A DNA stretch of 64,000 nucleotides from Candidatus Aenigmatarchaeota archaeon (GCA_043802485.1 JAZDKZ010000007.1:66048-130047); one strand, 5' to 3'; numbered from the stretch's first letter, positions 19,979-29,036 are shown. Program-made: numbers and translations. Notes: a model not told the origin generated them from the letters alone.

Positions 19979-20029
19979 ATGGCAGCAAAGAAGAAAGCAA
20001 AGAAAACAACAAAGAAAAAGAAGAGATAG
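19979..20029 (+). CDS. Putative 16-aa lysine-rich micropeptide MAAKKKAKKTTKKKKR
   Basis: GAGGTG-TAAAAA-ATG leader almost identical to the thermosome SD context; below the ORF-track cutoff. Confidence 0.6.
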   Translation: MAAKKKAKKTTKKKKR

Positions 20030-20177
20030 TGTTTCGTGATTTTTGACCCGATGCAAAGATGACGGTCCTTGACTTGTTTTTAACTTCCTTTTTTCTCGTC
20101 TTGATTTTTACTCTTGTTCTTCGCTTGGTAAACAACATTAAAAAGCTTAAATATTATTATTTCTTTATCAGTTGTAT

Positions 20178-20251
20178 GGGACAGTAGCTCAGCCTGGGAG
20201 AGCGCACGGCTGAAGACCGTGATGTCGCGTGTTCAAATCACGCCTGTCCCA
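20178..20251 (+). tRNA. tRNA-Phe(GAA), intronless
   Basis: GGGACAG/CTGTCCC+A; CACGG-CTGAAGA-CCGTG; GCGTG-TTCAAAT-CACGC; no encoded CCA. Confidence 0.96.
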
Positions 20252-21875
20252 CTTTTTTCTTTTTCAAGGCAGCCTTGACCAAACCGTCGAACATAGGAGA
20301 GGGCTTTGTGGGTCTTGACTTGAACTCTGGATGGGACTGTGTGGCAACAAAAAAGGGATGGTTCTCCAATTCCAGAAACTCCATGAGAATCCCATTAGGA
20401 GATATCCCGGAAAAAACAAGACCATTCTTCTCAAGAGCCTCGATATAGTCAGGGTTGACCTCGTACCTGTGCCTGTGCCTCTCGAAGATATTCTCGCTGC
20501 CGTAAAGGCTTTTCACTATTGTTCCTTCCTTTAGAAGAGCTGGATAAGAACCGAGACGCATGGTACCGCCGTACCGAGAGTCCTTTATTATGCTGGCCTG
20601 CTCTGGTATAAAGTCTATGACAGGATATTCCGTATCAGGGTTGAACTCTGTAGAATCGGCACCATTCAGATTGCAGATGTTCCTGGCAAATTCAATAACA
20701 GCAAGCTGCATGCCTAGGCACAGACCAAGGAAGGGTATCTTTTTCTCCCTTGCGTATTTTATCGAAAGTATCTTGCCCTCGATTCCAGACTTGCCGAAAC
20801 CGCCCGGAACTATCAGACAGTCAACATCGTCAAGAAACGAAAGTCTTTGAGAACTGTCCTCGAACTCTTTGGAGTCTATCCATAGAATATCAGACTTTAC
20901 ATTGTTGTTGAAGCAGGCGTGCTTGACAGCCTCTATGACAGAGATGTAAGAATCCTGCAGGTTAAAGTCGCCTATGTCAAAGTACTTGCCGACAATGCCT
21001 ACTTTCAGTTTCTTTTCAAGGCCCTTGACTTTTCTGACAAACTCTCTCCATTCAGTCATGTCATTCTTCCTTGCTTTCAGACCAAGCTTTTCCAGCATCC
21101 TGTCTCCCATGTTCTGCTCCTCAAGAACCAGCGGCACCTCATAAATGCAATCAACATCATGGTTAGATATTACGTCCTCCTTCTTTACATTGCAGAACAT
21201 GGCTATCTTCTCTTTCCTGACATTGTCTACTCTGACCTCTGACCTGCCTATGATAAAGTCAGGTTGTATGCCAATCTCTAGCAGCTGCCTTGTAGACGTC
21301 TGGACCGGCTTGGTTTTCTGCTCGCCGACATTCCTCAGTATCGGCAGGTAGCTGACGTGGACAAAAAGAACATTGTCCCCATCTAGTTTCATCTGCCTTG
21401 CGGCCTCAAAATAGATTATGTTCTGATACTCGCCCACTGTCCCGCCTATCTCGACAAGAACGACATTAACCTTGGTGTCGTCAGCCACTTTCCTTATCCT
21501 CCTCTTCACCTCATCCGTAACATGGGGTATCATCTCGACTGTCTTCCCCAGGTACTCGCCCTTCCTCTCCCTCTTTATTACCATTTCGTATATCTGGCCT
21601 GTTGTTATGTTCTGGCATTTGGGTATGTTGACGTCAAGGAACCTCTCATAGTTGCCCAGGTCCTGATCAATCTCACCGCCGTCTTCGGTAACCCACACCT
21701 CTCCGTGCTCTGTCGGCCTCAGCGTTCCGGCATCAACATTGAGATACGGATCTATCTTGATGGCTGTGACGGAAAAGCCTCTTGACTGGAGAAGCTTTCC
21801 CATAGAAGCTGTCGTGATGCCTTTGCCCAGACCGGAAAGAACGCCGCCAATCACAAAGATGAAACTACTGGGCAT
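20238..21875 (-). CDS. pyrG: CTP synthase
   Basis: GGVLSGLGKG, KIDPYLNVDAGT, KTKP, GLCLG, ERHRHRYE, HPE. Confidence 0.98.
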   Translation of the reverse strand: MPSSFIFVIGGVLSGLGKGITTASMGKLLQSRGFSVTAIKIDPYLNVDAGTLRPTEHGEVWVTEDGGEIDQDLGNYERFLDVNIPKCQNITTGQIYEMVIKRERKGEYLGKTVEMIPHVTDEVKRRIRKVADDTKVNVVLVEIGGTVGEYQNIIYFEAARQMKLDGDNVLFVHVSYLPILRNVGEQKTKPVQTSTRQLLEIGIQPDFIIGRSEVRVDNVRKEKIAMFCNVKKEDVISNHDVDCIYEVPLVLEEQNMGDRMLEKLGLKARKNDMTEWREFVRKVKGLEKKLKVGIVGKYFDIGDFNLQDSYISVIEAVKHACFNNNVKSDILWIDSKEFEDSSQRLSFLDDVDCLIVPGGFGKSGIEGKILSIKYAREKKIPFLGLCLGMQLAVIEFARNICNLNGADSTEFNPDTEYPVIDFIPEQASIIKDSRYGGTMRLGSYPALLKEGTIVKSLYGSENIFERHRHRYEVNPDYIEALEKNGLVFSGISPNGILMEFLELENHPFFVATQSHPEFKSRPTKPSPMFDGLVKAALKKKKVGQA

Positions 21876-21941
21876 AATATATTATGTAATCAGAAAAACT
21901 TAAAGGTATTTAAATTTAAGATGTGAAATATTTTTGATTAT

Positions 21942-22571
21942 ATGGGATTGAAGGAATTCAACTCACTCGTATTGGACGAAAATTACAAGCCTAACATAGA
22001 AAACAGTACAACGTACAGATTAGAGGAATTAGATTCTCTGACGTTGGATGAGAAACACAAACCCGACATAGAAGGCAGTACAACGGATGGTCTGAAAGAA
22101 ATAGCTCTTTTAGGGTATAATGACAAGTGGATATACGTATACAAACTGGATAATTTCATCGATGTTTTCTCTGATATTTTCCAATGCCGTTTCAGCGATT
22201 ACGATCCAAGACCAGATAGCATGATGCATGAAAAGTACAAAAAAATGGAGCGCGGCAGCGACTTGCAGTTTAGGATGCTGTTCAAAGAAGGAAAGCACAG
22301 GATAAACTGCCTTGAAATGGGCTTGTTGCCCGAATATGTCGAGATAAAAGACGAAAAGCGTAGAGTGAACATAGCCGGCTGGCCTGTTAAGAGAAAGATG
22401 TACAGCGGTTCGCTCAACAAAAGAGAACCAGAAGAAATAGATTTGTTAACTTTAATCTCGAATTATCTGGGTGCTGTAAACCAGAAAGAAGTTCTAGAGA
22501 GGCTAGATAAGCACATGAAAGAAGAGTGGCAAAAGCTTCATGGAAACAAAAAACCGATCTACAGGGTATAG
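21942..22571 (+). CDS. Orphan hypothetical protein with an N-terminal 24-aa tandem repeat
   Basis: GLKEFNSLVLDENYKPNIENSTTY / RLEELDSLTLDEKHKPDIEGSTTD / GLKEI. Confidence 0.7.
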   Translation: MGLKEFNSLVLDENYKPNIENSTTYRLEELDSLTLDEKHKPDIEGSTTDGLKEIALLGYNDKWIYVYKLDNFIDVFSDIFQCRFSDYDPRPDSMMHEKYKKMERGSDLQFRMLFKEGKHRINCLEMGLLPEYVEIKDEKRRVNIAGWPVKRKMYSGSLNKREPEEIDLLTLISNYLGAVNQKEVLERLDKHMKEEWQKLHGNKKPIYRV

Positions 22572-22602
22572 ACTTTTTAACATACTTGACCAATTATCTA
22601 TT

Positions 22603-23151
22603 ATGTTTCTTCGTATAGTGCCGGTAAGCATTATACCACAAAGGGTTCTGGACATGGTACAAAGCGAGATTGAAACCGTCCTCAGGATAAAGTGCAGGAT
22701 AATGCCAAAGCTGGCCATACCAGAGGATTCTTTCAACAGGTGGAGGAAGCAGCACAACGCCGGAACTATCCTAACCAAGCTATCTAGCGAGTCAGCAGTA
22801 AAGTTCATAGACAAGAGCATACCGACTGTGATGTTGATAGACTCTGACCTTTACTATGAAGGGCTGAACTTTGTCTTCAGCCTTGAGAACCCGACCATCA
22901 GCTGCTTTATCGTTTCGATAGCAAGGATGAGACCAGAGTTCTACGATGAAAAGCCTGATATTAACTTGCTGGCCGAACGAGCCACGAAGGAGGTCATCCA
23001 TGAGATAGGGCATCACCTAGGATTGAGGCACTGCACCAACATGGAATGCGTGATGTGCTTCTCGCCTTCGGTGGGCGACATCGACGCAAAGCAAAAGTAT
23101 TTTTGCGAGAGCTGCAAGATTAGCCTGATGACAATGGGAGTGAGATTGTGA
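22603..23151 (+). CDS. amzA: Archaemetzincin zinc metalloprotease
   Basis: KEVIHEIGHHLGLRHCTNMECVMCFS...FCESC; GLNFVF. Confidence 0.93.
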   Translation: MFLRIVPVSIIPQRVLDMVQSEIETVLRIKCRIMPKLAIPEDSFNRWRKQHNAGTILTKLSSESAVKFIDKSIPTVMLIDSDLYYEGLNFVFSLENPTISCFIVSIARMRPEFYDEKPDINLLAERATKEVIHEIGHHLGLRHCTNMECVMCFSPSVGDIDAKQKYFCESCKISLMTMGVRL

Positions 23152-23187
23152 TACCAATTTTAAATAGTGTAAAAATATAGTGATTAT

Positions 23188-23736
23188 ATGCCCAAGAAAA
23201 CAGTCAAAGCAGAACTGCAGGACAACAGAGCTGTGATATGGAACAGGGACGATGCCAACCGTCTATTCAATGAAGGCTGGTATGGCGAACTGTTCGATGA
23301 CCGCTTGGAGCTTTCTCTTGTCGAAGCAACCTTCCTTCTAGATAAGGATAAGATCGATATCAAGAAGGACGGGAAGAAGGTCATGCTCAAGAGCATATAC
23401 AAGCATGCCCAGAAGATAGACCCTAGATTTGTCATACGCTACACTGTCTACAAGGACATGAGGGAAAGGGGCCTGCCTGTGAGGACAGGCTTCAAGTTCG
23501 GCTGCGATTTTCGAGTATACGAGAGGGGCGTCGCTCCTGTGAAGAAGGGGCCGAAAGCGCCGCACGAGCACACGAAATGGATAGTGTTCTGCGTGCCAGA
23601 GGATTACGCATGCTCCTTCCAGGAGCTGTCAAGAGCTGTTCGGCTTGCCCATAACATAAGGTCCAGCATGCTCTGGGCCATAGTCGACAACGAGAATGAT
23701 GTTACCTATTACAACATCAATTACCTTAGCCCGTGA
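23188..23736 (+). CDS. endA: tRNA-intron splicing endonuclease, single unit (alpha4-like)
   Basis: LELSLVEA, VYKDMRERG, TGFKFGCDFRVY, C-terminal IVDNENDVTYY (acidic L10 loop and beta9). Confidence 0.95.
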   Translation: MPKKTVKAELQDNRAVIWNRDDANRLFNEGWYGELFDDRLELSLVEATFLLDKDKIDIKKDGKKVMLKSIYKHAQKIDPRFVIRYTVYKDMRERGLPVRTGFKFGCDFRVYERGVAPVKKGPKAPHEHTKWIVFCVPEDYACSFQELSRAVRLAHNIRSSMLWAIVDNENDVTYYNINYLSP

Positions 23737-24881
23737 TCATGATGAAAGTAAAAGATATAATGTCAACCGACATAGCGTACGTTTCTCCGGAGGACAACGT
23801 GTCAAGCGTCATCTCCCTGATAGAGAAGAACTGCTTCAGAGAGATATTGGTCTTGGAGGACAACAAACTGAAGGGAATCGTCTACTCCAAGGAAATAGCA
23901 AACAAGGGTATAAACGACCCGTCGAGGATAAAAGTCAGGACGATAATGGGCCACATGCCAGCAACATTGAAAGCAGACCATGAAGCCGACGAGGCAGCAA
24001 AACTTATTCTGAGAACAGGCCTCAGGGCATTGCCTGTGCTAGAGAACCAAAAGGTAGTGGGCGTGGTGTCCATGCACGATATCGTGGATATGGCAGCAAA
24101 GGGAAAGGCTTTCAGGCAGACAAAGGCAGAGGCAGTAATGTCAACTGCAGTGATAGTCGGCGAAGAGGATGATATGGGGACTGTAAGGCTCCTGATGAGA
24201 GAAAAGAACATATCAAGGATACCTGTTGTTGACGGGAAGAAGAAGCTTTCAGGCGTTGTAACGATATTCGATCTGCTAAAGGCAGTGAAGCCAAAGGAAA
24301 GGATGACCTTCTATTCGATGGCAGCAGAAAAGGTGACTGTTATGGGTATTCCTCTGTCTGTTGTTATGAACAAGCATCCGACAACAGTTGAAAAGAAAAA
24401 TCCTCTGAACGATGCTGTCAGTCTCATGAGAAAGTATGAAACAGACGGCGTGATTGTCGTTGAGGACAATGTTCCAATAGGCGTTGTGACAGAAAAGGAC
24501 CTTTTGGAATTCTATGTTTCAGGCTTGAAGCAGAAAGGCATGAACTACCAGATAAGCGGCCTTGTGGACGAGGATGATTTCGTCGTGAACACGGTGGACA
24601 GGATGATAAGAGACAGCTTGCAAAAACTGTCCAAGATGGTGAGGGCAGAGTTCTTCTTCCTGCACGTCAAGCGATACGACAAGGGTGGCAGGATAAAGTA
24701 CTCGATAAGAACAAGGCTGAGGGCAGAAAAAGGCTTCTATGTATCAAAGGCGTATTCGTGGGACCTAAGATCGGCTGTGGACGAGGCGATGGACAAGCTG
24801 GATAAAATAGTGATAAAGAACAAGAAAACCAAGAGAGACAGATTAAAAGAAATGTTAAGGTTTAAGAAGTTGCTAAGATAA
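23733..24881 (+). CDS. Four-CBS-domain protein with a C-terminal HPF/RaiA-like domain (candidate ribosome hibernation factor)
   Basis: Two CBS pairs (VKDIMS, LPVLENQKVVGVVS, IPVVD, PIGVVTEKDLL), then FFLHVK...YSIRTRL...SKAYSWDLRSAVDEAMDKLDKIV. Confidence 0.85.
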   Translation: MIMMKVKDIMSTDIAYVSPEDNVSSVISLIEKNCFREILVLEDNKLKGIVYSKEIANKGINDPSRIKVRTIMGHMPATLKADHEADEAAKLILRTGLRALPVLENQKVVGVVSMHDIVDMAAKGKAFRQTKAEAVMSTAVIVGEEDDMGTVRLLMREKNISRIPVVDGKKKLSGVVTIFDLLKAVKPKERMTFYSMAAEKVTVMGIPLSVVMNKHPTTVEKKNPLNDAVSLMRKYETDGVIVVEDNVPIGVVTEKDLLEFYVSGLKQKGMNYQISGLVDEDDFVVNTVDRMIRDSLQKLSKMVRAEFFFLHVKRYDKGGRIKYSIRTRLRAEKGFYVSKAYSWDLRSAVDEAMDKLDKIVIKNKKTKRDRLKEMLRFKKLLR

Positions 24882-24892
24882 GATATAGAAAG

Positions 24893-25033
24893 GTGAATTC
24901 TATTCAAGTTATCTGCGATCGTTGCAAAAAGTCAGTCAAGGAAGTCGGAAGGCTTACGAACGTCAAGTGGAAGGGCGTGAACCAGAAGATTTGCAAGTTC
25001 TGCAGAAGGAAGCTAAAGATTAGAGTAAGATGA
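24893..25033 (+). CDS. Basic zinc-finger microprotein (46 aa, CxxC-x23-CxxC)
   Basis: Hand-translated (V)NSIQVICDRCKKSVKEVGRLTNVKWKGVNQKICKFCRRKLKIRVR*; fills the gap up to the rhomboid stop. Confidence 0.7.
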   Translation: MNSIQVICDRCKKSVKEVGRLTNVKWKGVNQKICKFCRRKLKIRVR

Positions 25034-25651
25034 TTACATCCAGTCTTCTTCCCATTCTTCCATTCTGTCTTCATCAATGACAGGCGTTTTTCTTCTTTTG
25101 ATTATGTGCTCTCCGTACTTTTCTCTCAGCTTTAGACCCACAATCAGACCGAATGCGAGTCCAAAAAGGTGAGCAGCATTTGCAACACCTGACGGAGCGA
25201 AAAACCCGATTATATCACCAATGGCCCAAAGGACAACAGCAACAGCCATAGGCATAGGAATATATGAAACGTATACAGTCATTCTTGATCTCAAAACACC
25301 AAGTGCTCCCAGAACACCAAATATTGCTCCCGAAGCTCCTATTGATGCAGCATAGAAAGGAATAGTTCCCAGTCCGGCTATTACTCCTGAGACAAAGTAT
25401 AGAATTAGGAATTTCTTTCCGCCTATCACCTTCTCAAGCACCGAACCGAACAGACCTAGCGCAAACATGTTGTAGAAAAGGTGCTCAAAACCTCCGTGAA
25501 GGAACATACTTGTTATTAATGTCCATGGTCTTGCGAAAACGTCAGCAGAGACAAGAGCATATTCATCTGTTATTGATGGGTAAGCAAGCTGGAAGATGAA
25601 GACGATTACACAAATCGCTACCAGTTGAAAGGCAAACCATCTGTATTTCAT
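25034..25651 (-). CDS. Rhomboid intramembrane serine protease
   Basis: WTLITSMFLHG..HLFYNM, GASGA, AHLFG. Confidence 0.95.
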   Translation of the reverse strand: MKYRWFAFQLVAICVIVFIFQLAYPSITDEYALVSADVFARPWTLITSMFLHGGFEHLFYNMFALGLFGSVLEKVIGGKKFLILYFVSGVIAGLGTIPFYAASIGASGAIFGVLGALGVLRSRMTVYVSYIPMPMAVAVVLWAIGDIIGFFAPSGVANAAHLFGLAFGLIVGLKLREKYGEHIIKRRKTPVIDEDRMEEWEEDWM

Positions 25652-25656
25652 AAAAA

Positions 25657-27135
25657 TTATTCTATTTTATTAGAAATGAACTTTTCCAGATCATCTATTT
25701 TAACCCTTTGCTGCTCTGTGGTGTCCCTGTCCCTGACTGTAACGGTGCTGTCATCCATAGTGTCATAGTCGATGGTGACGCAGAACGGCGTTCCTATCTC
25801 GTCTGCCCTGGCATATCTCCTGCCTATCGAGCCAGACGGATCGAAGAAAACGTCGAAACTCTTCTTTAACATTTCAGAAACTTCCCTTGACTTTTCCTGC
25901 AAGCCGTCCTTCTTCACCAACGGGAATACACAAACAGTGTAAGGAGCTATCCTTGCAGGGAACTTGAACCAGTCCCATCCTCTTTCCTTATCCTCTACAA
26001 AACAATTCAAAAGTATTCCATAAATTGTTCTCTCAAGACCAAAACTCGGCTCTATAACATGCGGTAGAACCTTCTCATTGTCGTCCATTATGGTCATGTC
26101 CTTTCCCGAGCTTTGTGAATGGTTCTTCAAATCATAATCAGTCCTGTAAGCATTACCAACAGTCTCCTTCCAGCCAATGTCAAGCTTTATCTCCAAGTCA
26201 AAGTTGCCTTTCGAATAATGCGGGGTTTCCTCCGGCGTCATGTGCCTGTGTCTCAATGCTTCGAAAGGTATTCCCAATTTCTGGTAGAATATCATCTGCT
26301 TTGCCATAAAGTAAGCCATCCACTTGTTCGGAACGATTCCTTTGTCTACAGCTTCAGCGGCCGTCATCTCTTCTATGTCACCTTTTTTCTTCTGCGCTTC
26401 CTGTGTCATCATCCTCAGCTTTTCTTTAGAAACTTTACCAAATTTGGAACAGTCGTTCATTTTTTTTGGATTGATGAACATCTCTATCTCCATCTGGTTA
26501 AACTCTCTAACGCGAATAATCCACTGCCTGGGTGATATCTCGTTCCTGTAAGAAGTTCCCATCTGGGCAATGCCAAAAGGCAGCTTGGATCTGGCAGACC
26601 TAGCAATGAAGCTGAAATTAGTAAATATTCCCTGCGCTGTCTCCGGCCTTAGGTAAGCAATGTTGCCTTCCACCGGGCCGACGGTTGTCTTGAGCATTAG
26701 GTTGAATACTTTGGCATCATCCAGCTCTCCCTTGCACTTGGGGCATCTGACATTGTTCTCCTTGATGACCTTTGTCAATTCTTCCGTAATCATGCCCTCG
26801 ACGAACTTTCCTGTCTTTTCCTCTATAAGGGTGTCCGTCCTGAACATGCCCTTGCATTTTTTACATTGCGTCAGAGGATCAACAAAACTGTCCAGATGTC
26901 CCGATGCCCTGAACACAGACTCTGGAGCTATTGTTGTGGACTTTATCTCAATTATGTCGTCCTGCTTCAGGAAGAACTCTCTCCAGAAATTTTCTATCTT
27001 CGTCTTCAGCTTGAAACCAAGATGACCGAAATCGTAGAATCCTGAAAGGCCTCCGTATATCTCTGCCGACGGATAGATGAATCCTCGCATCTTTGCTATC
27101 TGCTCTATCTTTTCTATGTTGGCCATACAAATCAT
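25657..27135 (-). CDS. glyS: Glycyl-tRNA synthetase (alpha2 type)
   Basis: EIYGG, YLRPETAQGIF, RNEISPR, REFNQME, HVIEPSFGLER, IGRRYARADEIG; start may be 27126. Confidence 0.97.
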   Translation of the reverse strand: MICMANIEKIEQIAKMRGFIYPSAEIYGGLSGFYDFGHLGFKLKTKIENFWREFFLKQDDIIEIKSTTIAPESVFRASGHLDSFVDPLTQCKKCKGMFRTDTLIEEKTGKFVEGMITEELTKVIKENNVRCPKCKGELDDAKVFNLMLKTTVGPVEGNIAYLRPETAQGIFTNFSFIARSARSKLPFGIAQMGTSYRNEISPRQWIIRVREFNQMEIEMFINPKKMNDCSKFGKVSKEKLRMMTQEAQKKKGDIEEMTAAEAVDKGIVPNKWMAYFMAKQMIFYQKLGIPFEALRHRHMTPEETPHYSKGNFDLEIKLDIGWKETVGNAYRTDYDLKNHSQSSGKDMTIMDDNEKVLPHVIEPSFGLERTIYGILLNCFVEDKERGWDWFKFPARIAPYTVCVFPLVKKDGLQEKSREVSEMLKKSFDVFFDPSGSIGRRYARADEIGTPFCVTIDYDTMDDSTVTVRDRDTTEQQRVKIDDLEKFISNKIE

Positions 27136-27176
27136 TAGTTATTTTGATTTATATCTATATTTAGAAAAAGTATTTA

Positions 27177-27770
27177 TTATTCTTCCATGAACAGCCTGAT
27201 GCCTATACAGTCGCTAGAAAGGGGCGGCGTCATGTAAGCAGCATATACCTTGCTATCCTTGTCGAAAGAATAGCCTCTGACGATAGCGGCCCTGTCGTGC
27301 TGATCCCTGTTTATTCCCAACCAGTGCATGTTCCCGTTATTCCTCTGCGGCAGGGAATTAAGAATCCTCAAAGGGCCTTGAAAGTCATACTCTCTCTTGT
27401 TGTCAACTTTCCTCACTTCAGGATTAGTCATAAGAAAGCTGCCGTCAAGATATTCAGCCTTCCATTCGAAAGGGAACGACAGGGCGATTCGCCTGAATTT
27501 GTCATCTAAATTCCTAAAAGCCATGTAATCCTCTCTAAGCGTCGGCAGTCTTATCTTGGTTCCGTTATTACTCAATTTCTTTGTTAACAGTTGGGCTTCG
27601 GCATAGTTGAGACATGTGACAGCAAACCCGTCGAAATACCTTAATTTATCCGGCGCTATCCTGCCATCAAGTCCGTCCACCTTTAGGAACTTATCAAAAT
27701 CCAGCGGCTCAAGCTTTGAAATTGTCTTTTCAATCTTGCTCTTCCTGAAGAACATGATAATAGTAATCAT
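27177..27770 (-). CDS. Hypothetical protein with CLec/FGE-like motifs
   Basis: YAEAQ...IRLPTLRE...EW...IVRG...IGIRL, in the order seen in FGE-type C-type lectin folds. Confidence 0.6.
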   Translation of the reverse strand: MITIIMFFRKSKIEKTISKLEPLDFDKFLKVDGLDGRIAPDKLRYFDGFAVTCLNYAEAQLLTKKLSNNGTKIRLPTLREDYMAFRNLDDKFRRIALSFPFEWKAEYLDGSFLMTNPEVRKVDNKREYDFQGPLRILNSLPQRNNGNMHWLGINRDQHDRAAIVRGYSFDKDSKVYAAYMTPPLSSDCIGIRLFMEE

Positions 27771-27786
27771 GACAGAAGCATCTAGA

Positions 27787-28956
27787 TTATTTCCTACTTG
27801 GGGTGGTCAAAAGGGAAATAACTGAAAAGGCAATCACTATCAAACCGAAAGTTACAAAGCCCCAAGTAAGGTCCCCTACCTGGGAAACCAAACCGAAAAC
27901 AGCTATCAGGCCTATGGCCAATCCCTCTGACAGGAAGGACTTTATCGACATTATAGTGGCTCTCTGGTGCGTCCTGATCTCTCTCTGAAGCTTGGCATCG
28001 GAGAAAACCAGACCAACAGAAGTGAAGAAGAATGCCAGAATGAAGAAAGGCATGAGCAGTAGTGTCTTGAAAGAAACTGATATGATAAGGAAGATTCCTG
28101 AAAGCGATGACAGGATGTAGATGAAGTCGACATTATCAAAGCGCTTCTTGAACTTGTAGGCAAACCTGCTGCCTATAGCATCGACAGCTATTATTGTCAC
28201 GGCAGCAACACCGAAGAAGGAGACAGGTATATCCAGCCAGCTGAAATAAAGCTGCTCATACTCGTTAAGGGTTCCTATGAAAGAAAACACAACAACAGAA
28301 TAGAACACCATCCTCATCAAAGTTCTGTTGTTTAAGGATGCCTTCACTGCTCTCTTTATCAGTTGGAAATATTTCAGCTCCTCGCTAGGCGTCTTCTTTG
28401 CCCTTATCTCCCTGAACGAAAGCACAGGCACTATCGCAGCCAGCATCATCAATGAAGAAAGTATCAGCACCAGATCAAAGCTGTAGGAAGCAATGAAACC
28501 TCCTAAAAGTACAGAAGTTCCTATAGCCAAGTTAGAATAAAACCTTGCCCGACCAATAACCTTTTCGTATGAGCCGGTCTTTCTGAATATCCTGAGGTTG
28601 TCGAAAAGTAGGGCCTCTTGAGTACCTGAATAAAACGCACTGCCCAAGCCCCAGCAAACAAAGCCTAAAGCGAACATAACGAAATTGTTGGCAAAAATCC
28701 AGATGCCGAAACCAACAGCCTTTGATATCAAACCTAGGATGAGCATATACTTCCTGTTCCATTTGTCCGCAAGCGCTCCGGACGGAACCTCGAAAACAAG
28801 GGTGAAACCGCTCCATATAGCAAGCAGCATGGATATGTCCATCAGGGTCAGGCCTGCCATCTTGAAAAGCAGGACATAGACTGCATAGATGAAGGCAAAC
28901 TCCTTGAGAAACCTGTAAGCATAATAGTTCCTGATAAATTTCTTGTATTTGGGCAT
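27787..28956 (-). CDS. MFS transporter
   Basis: About 12 TM helices; FEVPSGALADKWNRK motif A; SGTQEALLFD. Confidence 0.92.
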   Translation of the reverse strand: MPKYKKFIRNYYAYRFLKEFAFIYAVYVLLFKMAGLTLMDISMLLAIWSGFTLVFEVPSGALADKWNRKYMLILGLISKAVGFGIWIFANNFVMFALGFVCWGLGSAFYSGTQEALLFDNLRIFRKTGSYEKVIGRARFYSNLAIGTSVLLGGFIASYSFDLVLILSSLMMLAAIVPVLSFREIRAKKTPSEELKYFQLIKRAVKASLNNRTLMRMVFYSVVVFSFIGTLNEYEQLYFSWLDIPVSFFGVAAVTIIAVDAIGSRFAYKFKKRFDNVDFIYILSSLSGIFLIISVSFKTLLLMPFFILAFFFTSVGLVFSDAKLQREIRTHQRATIMSIKSFLSEGLAIGLIAVFGLVSQVGDLTWGFVTFGLIVIAFSVISLLTTPSRK

Positions 28957-29036
28957 ATAGCTAGAAGTTGGAATTTCTGGCTTAAATCAATATCATAGTG
29001 GTAAAACATTAAATAAAATATAGACGAATATCTATT

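Noticed and set aside
19941..20138. 65-aa basic minus-strand ORF
   Set aside because: Overlaps the SD-led micropeptide in antisense, and its S/L/F-rich half is simply the complement of the Lys codons; less well supported, though not fully excluded
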